50,497 nucleotides of DNA from Euryarchaeota archaeon UBA220 (GTDB lineage: Archaea > Thermoplasmatota > Poseidoniia > Poseidoniales > Thalassarchaeaceae), in assembly GCA_002501885.1 (NCBI GenBank), contig DAON01000077.1, positions 1 to 50,497 on the forward strand, in the 5' to 3' direction. The translations under genes and the position numbers were made by a program. A model generated the notes under the pieces. It was not told the DNA's origin. It did no database searches and worked only from the letters and a program-made list of their open reading frames with translations. Of this stretch, positions 36,590 to 49,300 are shown piece after piece. Position 1 is the first letter of the stretch. Every line of letters begins with the position of its first letter.

Positions 36590-37543
36590 CTAATCAGCAC
36601 TCAGTCTCTCACTCTCTGTCTGGACCTCTCTGACTCCAAAGACAATCAGGCAGAATCCTATGGCCATCGATACTCCAATGTTCTCATCGAGTAACAACCA
36701 TCCACTGAGGACTCCGAAGACGGGGACCAAGAATACATAGGACGCTGCAGCAGTAGCCCCAATCCTGTCAATTCCCCTAGCGAACCATGCATAGGTTAGG
36801 ACTGTTGAGATGAGTCCAAGATATGCTACAGACATCCATTCTGCAATACTGGGAATGGGTATTCCAGACTGCCATACTTCGGCCAGCATCCAAGGAGTTA
36901 GAAGAATCCAGCCTACTATTGAATACCATACGACTATTTCCAGTGAGGTTCCAATTGTTCCATCAATTAGTGCCATCTTGGTCAGGTTACTAGTCGCAGC
37001 CCATGTCAAAGCAGCAAGAGCAATCATCACAGCACCAATCAAACGATGGTTGAATGGAATCTCTGTATTCGGACTCCATCCCACTACAGTAGCGACACCG
37101 AATAGGCCGACTAGTAGCCCGAGAATCATCCTTAGACTCAATCTCTGGCCCAGTAATGGAATGGCTAGAAGTACAGTGAAAACAGGATTCATTGGGATAA
37201 TCAGAGAAGCATCTCCGGCAGCCGTCCACTTCATTCCATTCATGAACAGAAGTTGGTATCCCATGGTCCCTAGTAGAGCCATCCAAAATGTGTATTTCCA
37301 AGCCCTATTTCCTTGAGGTAGAAGCCGAGGACCTCCACTATTTCGAAAGATCCAACACCAAGCTACGAATGCAATCACTGCGAAGACATACCTCAACCAA
37401 GCCGAGGTAGCAGGCCCCATGCTAGCTCTGTTTGCATCATCGAGGCCGTAACTCAGAAATCGACCCGCGGCCCAAGTCGAGCCCCACACTGCTGCAACCA
37501 GAAGTAGTAGTAGATGTGTACTCAGATTATCTCTGTAAGACAA
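36590..37543 (-). CDS. EamA/DMT-family transporter (10 TM)
   Basis: Two repeated 5-TM halves and a Gly/Trp-rich hydrophobic profile typical of EamA. The TTG start abuts the aroA stop. Confidence 0.75.
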   Translation of the reverse strand: MSYRDNLSTHLLLLLVAAVWGSTWAAGRFLSYGLDDANRASMGPATSAWLRYVFAVIAFVAWCWIFRNSGGPRLLPQGNRAWKYTFWMALLGTMGYQLLFMNGMKWTAAGDASLIIPMNPVFTVLLAIPLLGQRLSLRMILGLLVGLFGVATVVGWSPNTEIPFNHRLIGAVMIALAALTWAATSNLTKMALIDGTIGTSLEIVVWYSIVGWILLTPWMLAEVWQSGIPIPSIAEWMSVAYLGLISTVLTYAWFARGIDRIGATAAASYVFLVPVFGVLSGWLLLDENIGVSMAIGFCLIVFGVREVQTESERLSAD

Positions 37544-38704
37544 CTAATCACCCAACTCAAGTAACCTCGATATGAAACCAGGGTCGCTCACTGCGGAGAT
37601 CTCAGGCTCGCAGATTTCCCCACCAAACTTACTCGCCAGTACCATAGCTGTCATTGCTAGACGATGATCCAAGCGAGTTTCTATTGGGTCACGGGGAGCC
37701 TCAGGTTTTTGTCCCCCGGGAATCTTCAATCCTTCATGTGTAACTTCAGCATACATCCCGAAGCTTCTGAGAAGATAGATTGTAGAATCGAGCCTATCCG
37801 ACTCTTTCCCACGAACATGAGTGACTCCTGTTATCCTCCCTCCCTTCCCTATTGCCATTAGTACAGAAGCCGGACATATCAAATCACTCTCGTCCCGAAG
37901 ATCAAGGATCTCTGACTGCTCAGCCAAACTCACAATCGCCGGACTGGACTCGGCCATTTCAATCTCCAAATTGATATCATGAAGCTCTGAGATTAGCATT
38001 GCAATCGGTAGAAGACTATTCTCCGTTGGAACATTTACAACTTCTGGCACTAACACATCCCAAGGGACAATATCAATCGACTCAGATGAGAAATTATTCT
38101 CTGATTTGCAGGACCTAGCAATTTCAAAAGACATTTCGTAATATCCTCTACTTACTGCCTTTCCAACTATCTCCAAATTGATTGGGAATGGAAATCGAGG
38201 CGCGGCCAATAACATCGCAGATAGAGGCTGGCTGGATGTGCTAATGTCAAGACTTGCCGAATTCGTTTTCAATGGCCCAGTTACGGAGAGAGGAAGTGTA
38301 TCCTCAGAGACCGTGCAACCCAATTCTCTCAACACTCCAGACAATACCGACATATCTCTTTCTTGAAGTGACTCGTCTCCGTCAATATTGATTTCTTCAT
38401 TGTTACATGCAGAGATTGCCATGAGGAATCTTGCAGCGGTCCCTGAGTTGCCACAATCAAGGATTTGTTTTGGAGTTGTGAAACCTAATTCACCAACTCC
38501 TGTGACAATCCATTCATCCTTATTTCGCTCTATTTGAGATCCCAGTAATTCTAGACAGTCTGCCATAGAATAAACATCTCTACCCGGCTCATTTGAGAAT
38601 CGTAATGTCGTTGTCCCTGATGACTGAGATGCCATCACCAACCAACGAATCATATGACTCTTTGAAGGAGGAAGAGACCACTGAAGAGGCCCCTTAAGTT
38701 TCAT
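37544..38704 (-). CDS. aroA: 3-phosphoshikimate 1-carboxyvinyltransferase (EPSP synthase)
   Basis: LPPSKSHMIRWL (the LPGSKS..R motif), CGNSGTAARFLMA, KESDRL and DHRLAMT. ATG at 38704; the ORF track opens with GTG at 38722. Confidence 0.85.
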   Translation of the reverse strand: MKLKGPLQWSLPPSKSHMIRWLVMASQSSGTTTLRFSNEPGRDVYSMADCLELLGSQIERNKDEWIVTGVGELGFTTPKQILDCGNSGTAARFLMAISACNNEEINIDGDESLQERDMSVLSGVLRELGCTVSEDTLPLSVTGPLKTNSASLDISTSSQPLSAMLLAAPRFPFPINLEIVGKAVSRGYYEMSFEIARSCKSENNFSSESIDIVPWDVLVPEVVNVPTENSLLPIAMLISELHDINLEIEMAESSPAIVSLAEQSEILDLRDESDLICPASVLMAIGKGGRITGVTHVRGKESDRLDSTIYLLRSFGMYAEVTHEGLKIPGGQKPEAPRDPIETRLDHRLAMTAMVLASKFGGEICEPEISAVSDPGFISRLLELGD

Positions 38705-38759
38705 CGGTTTCAGACTAAGCACGCTCTTGGCACAGGACTCGGCGTGTTAATCCTGCTAC

Positions 38760-39584
38760 CTAATTGGACCTAATCCAGTCTCCGTAATCAGTCTCATTAT
38801 CCCAATTTACCGACTTCTGGTCAATCAGACTCGACTCTAATGTACTCTCCAGATTCTTATCAATACGAATCAGATTGTTCCTTTCCAGAAGATTGGGGCT
38901 TAGCCCTGGTAGCAAGATAGAGACGGCCCGGGGCACCCTTCCTGGATATATTTCGTTCACATGCTCAACAATGTTTGTAGTGCAAGTGTTAGTGATGGTG
39001 TTGTACCATTCTGGCTTATCGTGGAGTCGGTTAGTTCTACGAAGGAACGACTCCAGAAGACGCTGGTGGTTGCCTTCTCCCAGAACTACTCCTTCAAACA
39101 GATGAGTCTTCGACTTTCTCCTGCATCTGGCCCTGACTCCAATAGAGTCGCTTTCAGTGGACCAAACATATAGCAATTCATACTGACGCAGCATACCTCG
39201 AATTGGATGGTAAGCCTCTCCCTTTTCCCTCCTGACTTCAATTGAACAAGCAAGTCTACGCCCATCTTTGAACTCGAAGCTGACAAGAGTGTGTGCAATT
39301 GGTTTTCTTTTCGGATCGAAGTACTCTAGAATAAGCCATATCTTACTGACCTCGCTAGGTTTGAATCTCCACTCAGTCCATCGTTCATCATAGTCACGAG
39401 TAGTCCTCCAATTGAAATCCCGAACATTTCTCAATAGCACCTCATCCCCTTGAGTTTCGGCATAAGCAATTCTGTCATTCTCGGTAACCCAATCTCGTTC
39501 ATTGGAGGGTTTCTTACTGAAGTGCCAGATTAGGACAACAACCAGAATGGCCCCGGCAGCAATCTGAGCCGCCACCCAGTCCAT
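38760..39584 (-). CDS. DUF4105 (Lnb N-terminal domain-like) membrane-anchored protein
   Basis: A single N-terminal TM (AAQIAAGAILVVVLIW), then ERDW..., NVRDFNW, AHTLVSFEF.DG..L..SIEVRREKGE and YELLYVW, as in DUF4105. The ATG at 39584 was chosen because the longer ORF-track version runs into tRNA-Ser. Confidence 0.55.
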   Translation of the reverse strand: MDWVAAQIAAGAILVVVLIWHFSKKPSNERDWVTENDRIAYAETQGDEVLLRNVRDFNWRTTRDYDERWTEWRFKPSEVSKIWLILEYFDPKRKPIAHTLVSFEFKDGRRLACSIEVRREKGEAYHPIRGMLRQYELLYVWSTESDSIGVRARCRRKSKTHLFEGVVLGEGNHQRLLESFLRRTNRLHDKPEWYNTITNTCTTNIVEHVNEIYPGRVPRAVSILLPGLSPNLLERNNLIRIDKNLESTLESSLIDQKSVNWDNETDYGDWIRSN

Positions 39585-39629
39585 GCTATCGCTGAAAGGA
39601 ATCGGCGAATGAAACCTATCTTTCTCAAG

Positions 39630-39716
39630 TGGCGCGGCAGGGGAGATTCGAACTCCCGAGGTGAGACACCACTGGATTAGCAATCCAGCGCAATGGCCAG
39701 GCTATGCGACTGCCGC
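39630..39716 (-). tRNA. tRNA-Ser: tRNA-Ser (anticodon GCU) with long variable arm and encoded CCA
   Basis: Folded by hand: acceptor GCGGCAG/CTGCCGC; 3-bp D stem; anticodon stem CTGGA/TCCAG with loop TTGCTAA; variable arm GGTG-TCT-CACC; T arm GGGAG-TTCGAAT-CTCCC; discriminator G; CCA. Total 87 nt. Confidence 0.95.
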
Positions 39717-39758
39717 AGTAACCAACCGACTGGTACCATTCGCTTAAGCCGAGCGGTT

Positions 39759-42455
39759 TCATTCTTCTTCGAAGACTGCCTCATCTACATCGGTCGAGTC
39801 AACCAGCTCTGCGGGTAACCTTGCTACGAAGATTATCTCATCATCATATCCGGTTCTAGCAGGGTTGCGTAATTCCATTATTCGAGTTCCCTTAGTGACC
39901 TTACCAAGAGTCTCCTTGGTCTGACCAGAAACCATTCTAATCATCATCCCAGTCTTAGTAAGAATAAACAATTGGTCCTCTAAGTCGGGTATCTGTCTGA
40001 CACTTACTATTCCATCATCATCGCGTAGAGACATTGTTCTCACGCCCTTAGTGCCACGATTTGTGCGCCTATAGCCGTCTCTATGACTAACTCCTTCGCC
40101 TTCATCATCAAGCATCTGCGCGCCATTCTCATCCAGGAGAGGAACCATCTCTCCAGAGCCCAAACGACTTCTCTTAGCCATTCCGAACTTGGAGATAGTT
40201 AGCACACTAGTATCGAAGTCGTCCGTTACAATCATCCCGATTACATGGTCATCTTTTTGCAACTTCATGCCAGAGACTCCTTGGCTAACTCTGCCTTGAA
40301 CTCTGACTACATGAGTCGTCAAAATCTCCCCTGAGTTCGGGTCCGTACGTGACTTTTCTTCAGCAGGCATGAATCTGCAGGCGTTACCGCTAGAAGATAC
40401 GAGGACGACATGATCGGCATCGGTTGCCGGCCTTACAGTAACCAAAGAATCGTCCTCGCCATCAGCAAATTTCAGAGCGTACTTACCATTACGATTAATC
40501 CTGGCATATTCTGAAAGACGACTCTTCTTGATGCGGCCATTTGTAGTGGCGAAAATCAGGTAATGTCCCTCCGGTTCCTCGATTAGATCTCTGCTCATTG
40601 GAAGTATCGAGATTACCTTCTCTTCATCTCTGATTCCACTGAGTAAGTTACGGATGTGAGTCCCTCTACCCTGTCTGCTGGCAGATGGAGTTTCCCAGGC
40701 CCGCAGCCCGTAGACTCGACCCTTGTCGGTGAAGAACAACAACCGGTCCTTCGAGAAACATGTCACAATCTTAGAAGGAGCATCCTCTTCCTTCGTAGAT
40801 ACTCCCTTGAGGCCCTTTCCTCCTCTGTTCTGTAGTCTGAAAGCCTCCACAGGTAAGTGGCGGATGTAATTGTCTTGAGTTAGGGATATCACAATCGCCT
40901 GTTCGGCCACAAGGTCTTCTCTGTCCATTGACAATGGAGTCGGGTCGATAATTGAGCGCCGCTCGTCTCCATGTCTGTCAACCAACTTTCCCAGTTCTTC
41001 AAGTAGAATTTCTAGCCTCCTGACTCTACTATCTAGGATTGCTTTGTATTCCTTAATCGAATTCTTGAGGTTAGAAAGCTCGTCCGCAACCTCCTTCACA
41101 TTCAGTTTAGTGAGTTGATACAAACGCCTCTCAGCAATCGCCTTCGCCTGTCTTTCAGAAAAGTCAAAACGCTTGATCTTTGGATACTTATCTTCTCCTC
41201 TCAAGTATCTCTCAAAGTGATCTCTTGAGTCCGAGTTTCTGCCGACTTCGATTATTTCACTCATACGCTTCTGTGCCTTGATCAGACCTTCGAGAATGTG
41301 GGCGCGAGCCTCGGCTTTATCGAGATCGAACTGCGTACGTCTTTCGATAATCGATTCTCTGTGACGCACATGTGTATGCAGTATGGTGGAAAGATCTAGT
41401 TGAACCGGCTCTCCCTTCAGAATCCCCATCATATTTGCAGAGTATGACTCTTGCAGTCTACTAGATTGGTAGAGTTGATTCAGAACAGCATGAGGGTCTG
41501 CATTCTGTTTAATTTCGATTACGACTCTTATTCCTTCTTTACTAGATTCGTCTCTGATATCTCGAATTCCCTTAACTTGCTCCCTCTGAACGAGATCTGC
41601 TATACCTTGCAACATCCCGGCTTTCTTGACTTGATAGGGGATTGAGTGAACAACCAACTTTTTCCCGGTCGAGTCGTCTATGACCTCGACATCAGACCGG
41701 ATATGGAATCGGCCACTACCGGTTCTGTACATATCGACTATGCCATCTATTCCGTGAATCGTAGCACCGGTTGGGAAGTCTGGCCCTTTTAGGAACTCCA
41801 TGTACTCAAGGGCGTCAATCTTGGGTGGATTGTCTAGCCCAATCTTGCGGTTCTGCTCAATAACCCTCTCGACATGAAATCTGATTGCAGCAGCAACTTC
41901 ATTGAGATTGTGAGGGGGAATCTTTGTTGCCATTCCGACAGCAATCCCATCACTTCCATTGAGTAGTAGATTCGGCAATCTTGCAGGGAGAACTGAAGGC
42001 TCAGTCTCTGTATCGTCGAAGTTCGGCTCCATATCAATTGTATCTTTGTTGATATCTTCTAGCATATGCCTGGACAACCTGTCCAATCTACTCTCGGTAT
42101 ATCTCATTGCAGCAGGTGGATCGCCATCTATTGAGCCGAAGTTACCTTGCCCATCAACCAAAGGATATCTCAGAGAGAAGTCCTGGGCCATCCTGACCAT
42201 CGTGTCGTAGAGGGCTTGGTCACCATGTGGGTGGAACTTACCCATTACTTCGCCCACTGAACGAGCGGACTTGCTGTATCCCTTCTCATGCGTGTGGCCA
42301 GCTTGGTGCATACCCCAAAGGATTCTACGATGAACCGGTTTCAACCCGTCTCTGACATCAGGCAGTGCCCTGCCAATGATAACGCTCATAGCGTAGTTGA
42401 TGTAACTCTCTTTCATCTCCTCGGAAATGTCTCTACGAAGTAAATCCTCAGCCAT
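39759..42455 (-). CDS. gyrA: DNA gyrase subunit A
   Basis: [24 protein letters not shown], the active-site region AAMRYTE and a C-terminal beta-pinwheel repeat region; 898 aa. Confidence 0.95.
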   Translation of the reverse strand: MAEDLLRRDISEEMKESYINYAMSVIIGRALPDVRDGLKPVHRRILWGMHQAGHTHEKGYSKSARSVGEVMGKFHPHGDQALYDTMVRMAQDFSLRYPLVDGQGNFGSIDGDPPAAMRYTESRLDRLSRHMLEDINKDTIDMEPNFDDTETEPSVLPARLPNLLLNGSDGIAVGMATKIPPHNLNEVAAAIRFHVERVIEQNRKIGLDNPPKIDALEYMEFLKGPDFPTGATIHGIDGIVDMYRTGSGRFHIRSDVEVIDDSTGKKLVVHSIPYQVKKAGMLQGIADLVQREQVKGIRDIRDESSKEGIRVVIEIKQNADPHAVLNQLYQSSRLQESYSANMMGILKGEPVQLDLSTILHTHVRHRESIIERRTQFDLDKAEARAHILEGLIKAQKRMSEIIEVGRNSDSRDHFERYLRGEDKYPKIKRFDFSERQAKAIAERRLYQLTKLNVKEVADELSNLKNSIKEYKAILDSRVRRLEILLEELGKLVDRHGDERRSIIDPTPLSMDREDLVAEQAIVISLTQDNYIRHLPVEAFRLQNRGGKGLKGVSTKEEDAPSKIVTCFSKDRLLFFTDKGRVYGLRAWETPSASRQGRGTHIRNLLSGIRDEEKVISILPMSRDLIEEPEGHYLIFATTNGRIKKSRLSEYARINRNGKYALKFADGEDDSLVTVRPATDADHVVLVSSSGNACRFMPAEEKSRTDPNSGEILTTHVVRVQGRVSQGVSGMKLQKDDHVIGMIVTDDFDTSVLTISKFGMAKRSRLGSGEMVPLLDENGAQMLDDEGEGVSHRDGYRRTNRGTKGVRTMSLRDDDGIVSVRQIPDLEDQLFILTKTGMMIRMVSGQTKETLGKVTKGTRIMELRNPARTGYDDEIIFVARLPAELVDSTDVDEAVFEEE

Positions 42456-42459
42456 CTAA

Positions 42460-44451
<1,992 letters not shown>

Positions 44452-44528
44452 TCAATACTCTAATCCGTATGTTGGAGGTTATTCAACCCTACTCTATATT
44501 TGGCAAAAATAGTGCATTTTTACTCCTT

Positions 44529-44550
44529 TTTCCATTGTTTACAATGGAAA
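44529..44550. promoter_or_regulatory. 9-bp stem / 4-nt loop inverted repeat TTTCCATTG-TTTA-CAATGGAAA upstream of aroD
   Basis: Read directly; 36 nt upstream of the aroD ATG at 44586. Confidence 0.45.
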
Positions 44551-44585
44551 CATTTCCTCTCGACACGATTATACCAAATTGCAAG

Positions 44586-45410
44586 ATGGGGCGCCTAATG
44601 TCTCGTCCGCTGGTATGTGTGACTCTCAGAGGCTATACTGTCGACGATGTCCTCAAGGACGCCGCTGTCGCCACTGCTGCAGGCGCTGACCTAGTTGAAG
44701 TCAGACTTGATTTTCTTTGGGCTAGAGAGCAGGATATAGACGCCACTACAAATGGTGCGAATGCAGACTCTGATACTGATTCCAGGGGGCCGAAGTATGT
44801 GCCTCCTGAGATTATCTCACAACCCTTGGAATCAGTCGATATAGATGCGGCCCTTGAATCACTGAAGCAGGGTATTGATCTCCCAGTAGTGCTGACTTGT
44901 AGGCCAGAGCGTCAAGGAGGGTACTATCCAGGAGAAGAGGCAGAACGTATCGAAGTACTATCCAGTGCGATATCTAGCGGAGTGAGCTGGATTGATTTAG
45001 AGATTGATATCTCTGCTGAATCACGCAAGTCGCTCATTGAAGCTACCAAAGGTAAGACGAAGATTATTGCTTCTTTGCATTCAGATGAAGGCCCTCCTTC
45101 TGCTTCAGAAATCATTCAAGACATCGAAGATTCCTCTGATATGGGAGATATCGTCAAACTCTGCTACAATACATCCGGAAGAGGAGACGGGCTGAGATTG
45201 TTCGAAGCTTCTTGGGATTTGAAGGAGACAGAGTACGACTACGCAATTATGGGTTCAGGTTGGGGCGGAGACTGGACCAGAATCCACGCCCCGCTACTGG
45301 GACAGGCTCTAGTATACGCAACCATGGAGAAGGGATTCCACCTATCCAGACAGGGCAGAATTAATGCATCCGACCTACAGATGGCTTGGAGACTATTGGA
45401 ATACGAATAA
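44586..45410 (+). CDS. aroD: 3-dehydroquinate dehydratase, type I
   Basis: VCVTLRG.TVDD....A......GADLVEVRLDFL, KIIASLHSDEGPPS and DIVKLCYN (the Schiff-base Lys region). There is an ~45-aa acidic insertion after the first motif. ATG at 44586 or 44598; the ORF-track start at 44469 lies inside the divergent promoter region. Confidence 0.7.
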   Translation: MGRLMSRPLVCVTLRGYTVDDVLKDAAVATAAGADLVEVRLDFLWAREQDIDATTNGANADSDTDSRGPKYVPPEIISQPLESVDIDAALESLKQGIDLPVVLTCRPERQGGYYPGEEAERIEVLSSAISSGVSWIDLEIDISAESRKSLIEATKGKTKIIASLHSDEGPPSASEIIQDIEDSSDMGDIVKLCYNTSGRGDGLRLFEASWDLKETEYDYAIMGSGWGGDWTRIHAPLLGQALVYATMEKGFHLSRQGRINASDLQMAWRLLEYE

Positions 45411-46319
45411 TCAGTCTTCCCCGGATCTCTGATCGCTCTCATCATCAAGATATGGCATCTGCCTAGGATCTTCATTATCCGACAGGCCCATCTTCATGTA
45501 TCTGCTATGGATAATTAGAGGTCCGATTATGCAAGCTATAGGTAATGCTGAAATCAGTATGTAGGCGATAAAATTAGGCAGAGTCGTCCTCTCTTCTACA
45601 TCTACCAAAACTTCGACATTCATGACTCCTCCAGAGGCTCCTCTATCGGAAAATCTCTCATTATCCCAGCCATCGACTACTAGGAAATACTGAGTTTCAT
45701 CCGAGCCGAACAAACCAACCGACGACCAAGCAGAACCCGTCGAGTCTATTGCGACTGAGAATACTTGTTCTGAAATTCCTTCATATGCATGCACATCCCT
45801 GTAGGGTAACCAAACCAAAGTATCTCTCCATTCTACAGGAATCTCTCGCACCATCTCCTCAAGATCATCCCATTCTCTGTTTTCATAACTAATCGAGTAT
45901 CTATCCCAATTAATGTCATTCATCAGATAAACATCGCCAATAGCTCCCATCTCTGGCTCATCAGATGGATCCGGACTGATAGTTATACAGAATGTGTATT
46001 GGTAGCCAGGGATGAGCTCCATTCTTACTGCGTTTGCACTATCATTGGAAATGACCATGTCAACACTAAAGTCACTTCTGAGAGAGATAAGGTCATCTCG
46101 GTCACCTCCAAAACCCCAATCTCCCCACCAACCATCATCTTCTAACGAGTGCTCTTGGTAGTACAGATTCGCCCCTGGAGGGTTACTGGCTGGAACATCA
46201 CAAGAGCCAGAAGCAGAAACAGTTGGAGCAGCAATAACGGCCACAAGAACTGCGAGCATTGGCATGAGCAGTGAGGCGTTCAATGCGATCGCTATGCGCG
46301 CTTTACGCCTGTGAATCAC
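45411..46319 (-). CDS. Hypothetical secreted protein with N-terminal signal peptide and C-terminal TM anchor
   Basis: Signal-like LLMPMLAVLVAVIAAPTVSASG and the C-terminal TM FIAYILISALPIACIIGPLII followed by an acidic tail. The GTG start lies 2 nt after the protease stop, with GAGGAGG ~10 nt upstream (coupled). Confidence 0.55.
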   Translation of the reverse strand: MIHRRKARIAIALNASLLMPMLAVLVAVIAAPTVSASGSCDVPASNPPGANLYYQEHSLEDDGWWGDWGFGGDRDDLISLRSDFSVDMVISNDSANAVRMELIPGYQYTFCITISPDPSDEPEMGAIGDVYLMNDINWDRYSISYENREWDDLEEMVREIPVEWRDTLVWLPYRDVHAYEGISEQVFSVAIDSTGSAWSSVGLFGSDETQYFLVVDGWDNERFSDRGASGGVMNVEVLVDVEERTTLPNFIAYILISALPIACIIGPLIIHSRYMKMGLSDNEDPRQMPYLDDESDQRSGED

Positions 46320-46321
46320 CC

Positions 46322-49300
46322 TCAGCGCCTCCTCGTCCGTATCGGTCGGACGTATCCTGACTCCTTGTTTCTTCGCTCTTCTACTGTCAGATACTTTGGT
46401 TGTGGAGGGGGGCGGTGTTGATCCATACCGGGAAGCCCTCCTTCTACTTCCACCTCGGTGACATCATAGTTCTCTAGCATGTCCTCTGCATCAATCTCTT
46501 CCTCATCCTTTTCCCTCATGATCAACCATCCCAGAATCAGGACAGCCGCAATGAGGGCCAGCAAGAGTGCACTCTGTGCATTTGGAATCAAATCCTTCCA
46601 AGTCAAGTCCGAGAGAGACTTGGGAAGATCATCTTCCTGAATTGAGAGTACAGTAATTACATATTCTTCCGTAGTACAAACACCCACTCCATCACAAACC
46701 TCCATCAGGATTCTGATTTCTCCCGCTTGATTCCATGTTTGATTTCCCCAAAGCCAGTCATTGCGAGTATCTCCGTCCAAGTCAGAATCCTGCAGAGCAT
46801 TCAGATCCCACCTTACTGTTAGTGGGCCTGTTAGTGCCCTATCTCTATCGTTAGATGGATCTCCATCCTCGTCACTATCGTCTGTGTTGTCCAAATCAAG
46901 CCAAGCCTGAATGCCGTCAATAAGATCACTATCGATTGCGCTGGAATTCAGAAATACGGGATCTCCAATTGTGACATAGTCAGCTGAAATTGGATCATCA
47001 GTCAAGATTACCGGGGCTCTTGAGACATATACGGTCACACTTGTTGTATTGGTCTCTCCACCTTCGAATCCATCAACAACAGTTAGTGTCACTGTGTAGG
47101 TCCCAGGAAGATCGAATGAATGCCAAACTACGGGCCCATATTCCGTGGAACTGGCATCTCCGAAGTCCCAAATCCAAGAAACAATACCATTCCATTCTGA
47201 AGACTGTTGGTCAGTTGATGTCCTACCGACGAACTCTGGATCGGCATCATAACTACTGGAGCCATCAAATCGAATTGGATCCCCTGCAGAAACGAAAGCA
47301 TCACCATCTGCTGTCTGAGGGACCATCCATACGACGCCATCTTGGTTCTGAGGGATTCCACTCAATACAGTGCCATTCAGTCCCGGGCAACTAAAATCTA
47401 AATCGGGTACAGGCAAGGGGTTGGCGATATTAATCGAGTAAGTCTTTGTTGCAGATACCAAACCTCTGTCATCAATCACCGTGAGGCTCACAGTAAAGAG
47501 CCCAGGCTGCAGGAATGTGTAGCTGACAGAAGACACATTGTAAATTGGCTCGTCCATATCTGAAATTTCCCAAATAGTCTGTAGTAGGGCAGTGTCTCCA
47601 TCAGGGTCGAATGACTGGCTGATGAATGTATATTCAGTATCTATTGTTCCATCAGAAGGTCTCGAGAATACTGCCACCGGCCTTTGGTTGAGAACCTGCA
47701 CGACTAGTAGTGCGGTGGATGAGTTCCCATCATCATCGGTAACCTCCAGAGTCACATTTTTCAGACCCGGTTCCAACCATCCTACAACCGGATTCTGCAA
47801 TATCGATTCTGTAGAAGAGAAGTCGGAAGTCAGAGTCATTCCAGAACCCTCCATATTGACTCCTCCTTCGAAGAACCAGTTGTACTCCACAATCATGCCA
47901 TCGGAATCCTCGAAGATTGTGGGCATCACTAGAGGAGTCAAAGTACTAGTCTGCAGAGGGTCATCGAAGATTTGCTCAGGAAGACGATTTAGCACCTTGA
48001 TGTAAATAGAATGCTCTACTTGGTGAATTCCATCATCTACAGTCAGAGTTAGTGTGTAGATAATCCCGTCCGCACTTCCGTCGACCCAAGAATGTCCAGC
48101 TTCTACCATTCCCTTAGAAGATTCGACATCTCCATCTCCCCAGTCCCATGTGAAAACCAATTCCTCCAGAGGGACATTGTCCGTAGTGCCTCTTGCAGAG
48201 AATTGGACCCTTTGGTCGGTAAGTAGAATCAGTTCGTCGCTAATCACAACTCCGTCTACGGAAATTTCAGGAACAGGATCGGAGATGTCGCTGACTGTGA
48301 TGTTCCAACTCTGGGATTCAGAGTAGTAACCGCCTTGATCTTGAACGATTAGTACGACCTCGTATTCGCCTGCATTGAGGTACGGATGAGTCGGATTCTT
48401 CAGACTGGAAGAATTGTTATCTCCCAAATCCCAAACATATCCAACGGGCGTATCGTTGTGACTGAAAGTCCCGTTTAATTGTCCGAATCCCCATGAATCA
48501 TATCCCGAACCGAACATATCTACCGGAAGCCAAGTCTGAGTAATCGAAGTAGATACTGAGCCAGATGCTACTGGCTCCATATTCGCAAGAGATAGTGGGA
48601 GAGTAAACGCTTGGTCAACTAGTTGTCCAGTAACATCGCGAATCTCTACTCCAAATGTCCAGTCTCCAGACTCAGGAGGGGTGAACCACACGCTATTGGG
48701 AGATGGGATACTGTTCCCTGCTGTTAAATCGAAGATTACCGTGTCAGTCAAGGTGTTGTTCACATATGCCTCGACAGTAACCTCTAGAATCTCAAAGAAA
48801 GCATTCGACTGTACTTCAAGATCAACTTGCACACTGTCATCAAGCCCGTTCTCATCGCGATCAAACGGAGTGACGGTATCGATGTAAACTTCGGCCGGAT
48901 CAGTAACCAAGCCCGCATAGACCGTGGCCGATGCGGTCGGGTAAGAGCCAGTTGTGATTCCACAAGTAGCGTAGTTGTAATCGCAGTCGCTGACCATCGA
49001 TTCATACCAAGTCAGTAGCCAAACCTCATCGCTTGAGTTTCCAAATCCGTGTACAAGACCCGTGGCCGCACCAGTACCTGAATCAACCCTCATATCAGTC
49101 ATGGTCCAAGTTCCAGTGACAGAATCGCGAGCCATGATTACTCCCTCAAATCCGAATTGAGTGGGCTGAACCATCAGATTCAGCGGAGCTCCTGAGCCTT
49201 GGGTGAATTTGTAAGCCCTCATTCCCCATCCCTCGAAACTTTGACTGGAACTATTCCAATCATTCACCCACTGGTCGTTAAATCCACTCATCTGAGCCTT

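Noticed and set aside
39585-39683. N-terminal 33 codons of the ORF-track model 38760-39683.
   Set aside because: This part overlaps the well-folded tRNA-Ser gene on the same strand. The internal ATG at 39584 gives a sensible TM-anchored N-terminus.
39733-39748. GCTTAAGC palindrome between the gyrA stop and tRNA-Ser.
   Set aside because: It is only 8 bp with poorly matching flanks, which is compatible with chance.
44469-44585. N-terminal extension of aroD (MLEVIQPYSIFGKNSAFLLLFPLFTMETF...). The analogous extension of panE is at 20467-20541.
   Set aside because: The aroD extension runs through AT-rich promoter-like sequence and a hairpin. The panE extension is the out-of-frame 3' end of the upstream gene. 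In both, conserved N-terminal motifs begin at the internal ATG.
44700-44860. Acidic ~45-aa insertion in AroD as a possible frameshift or fusion.
   Set aside because: The reading frame is continuous and type I DHQase motifs resume after it. It is most simply a lineage-specific surface loop.
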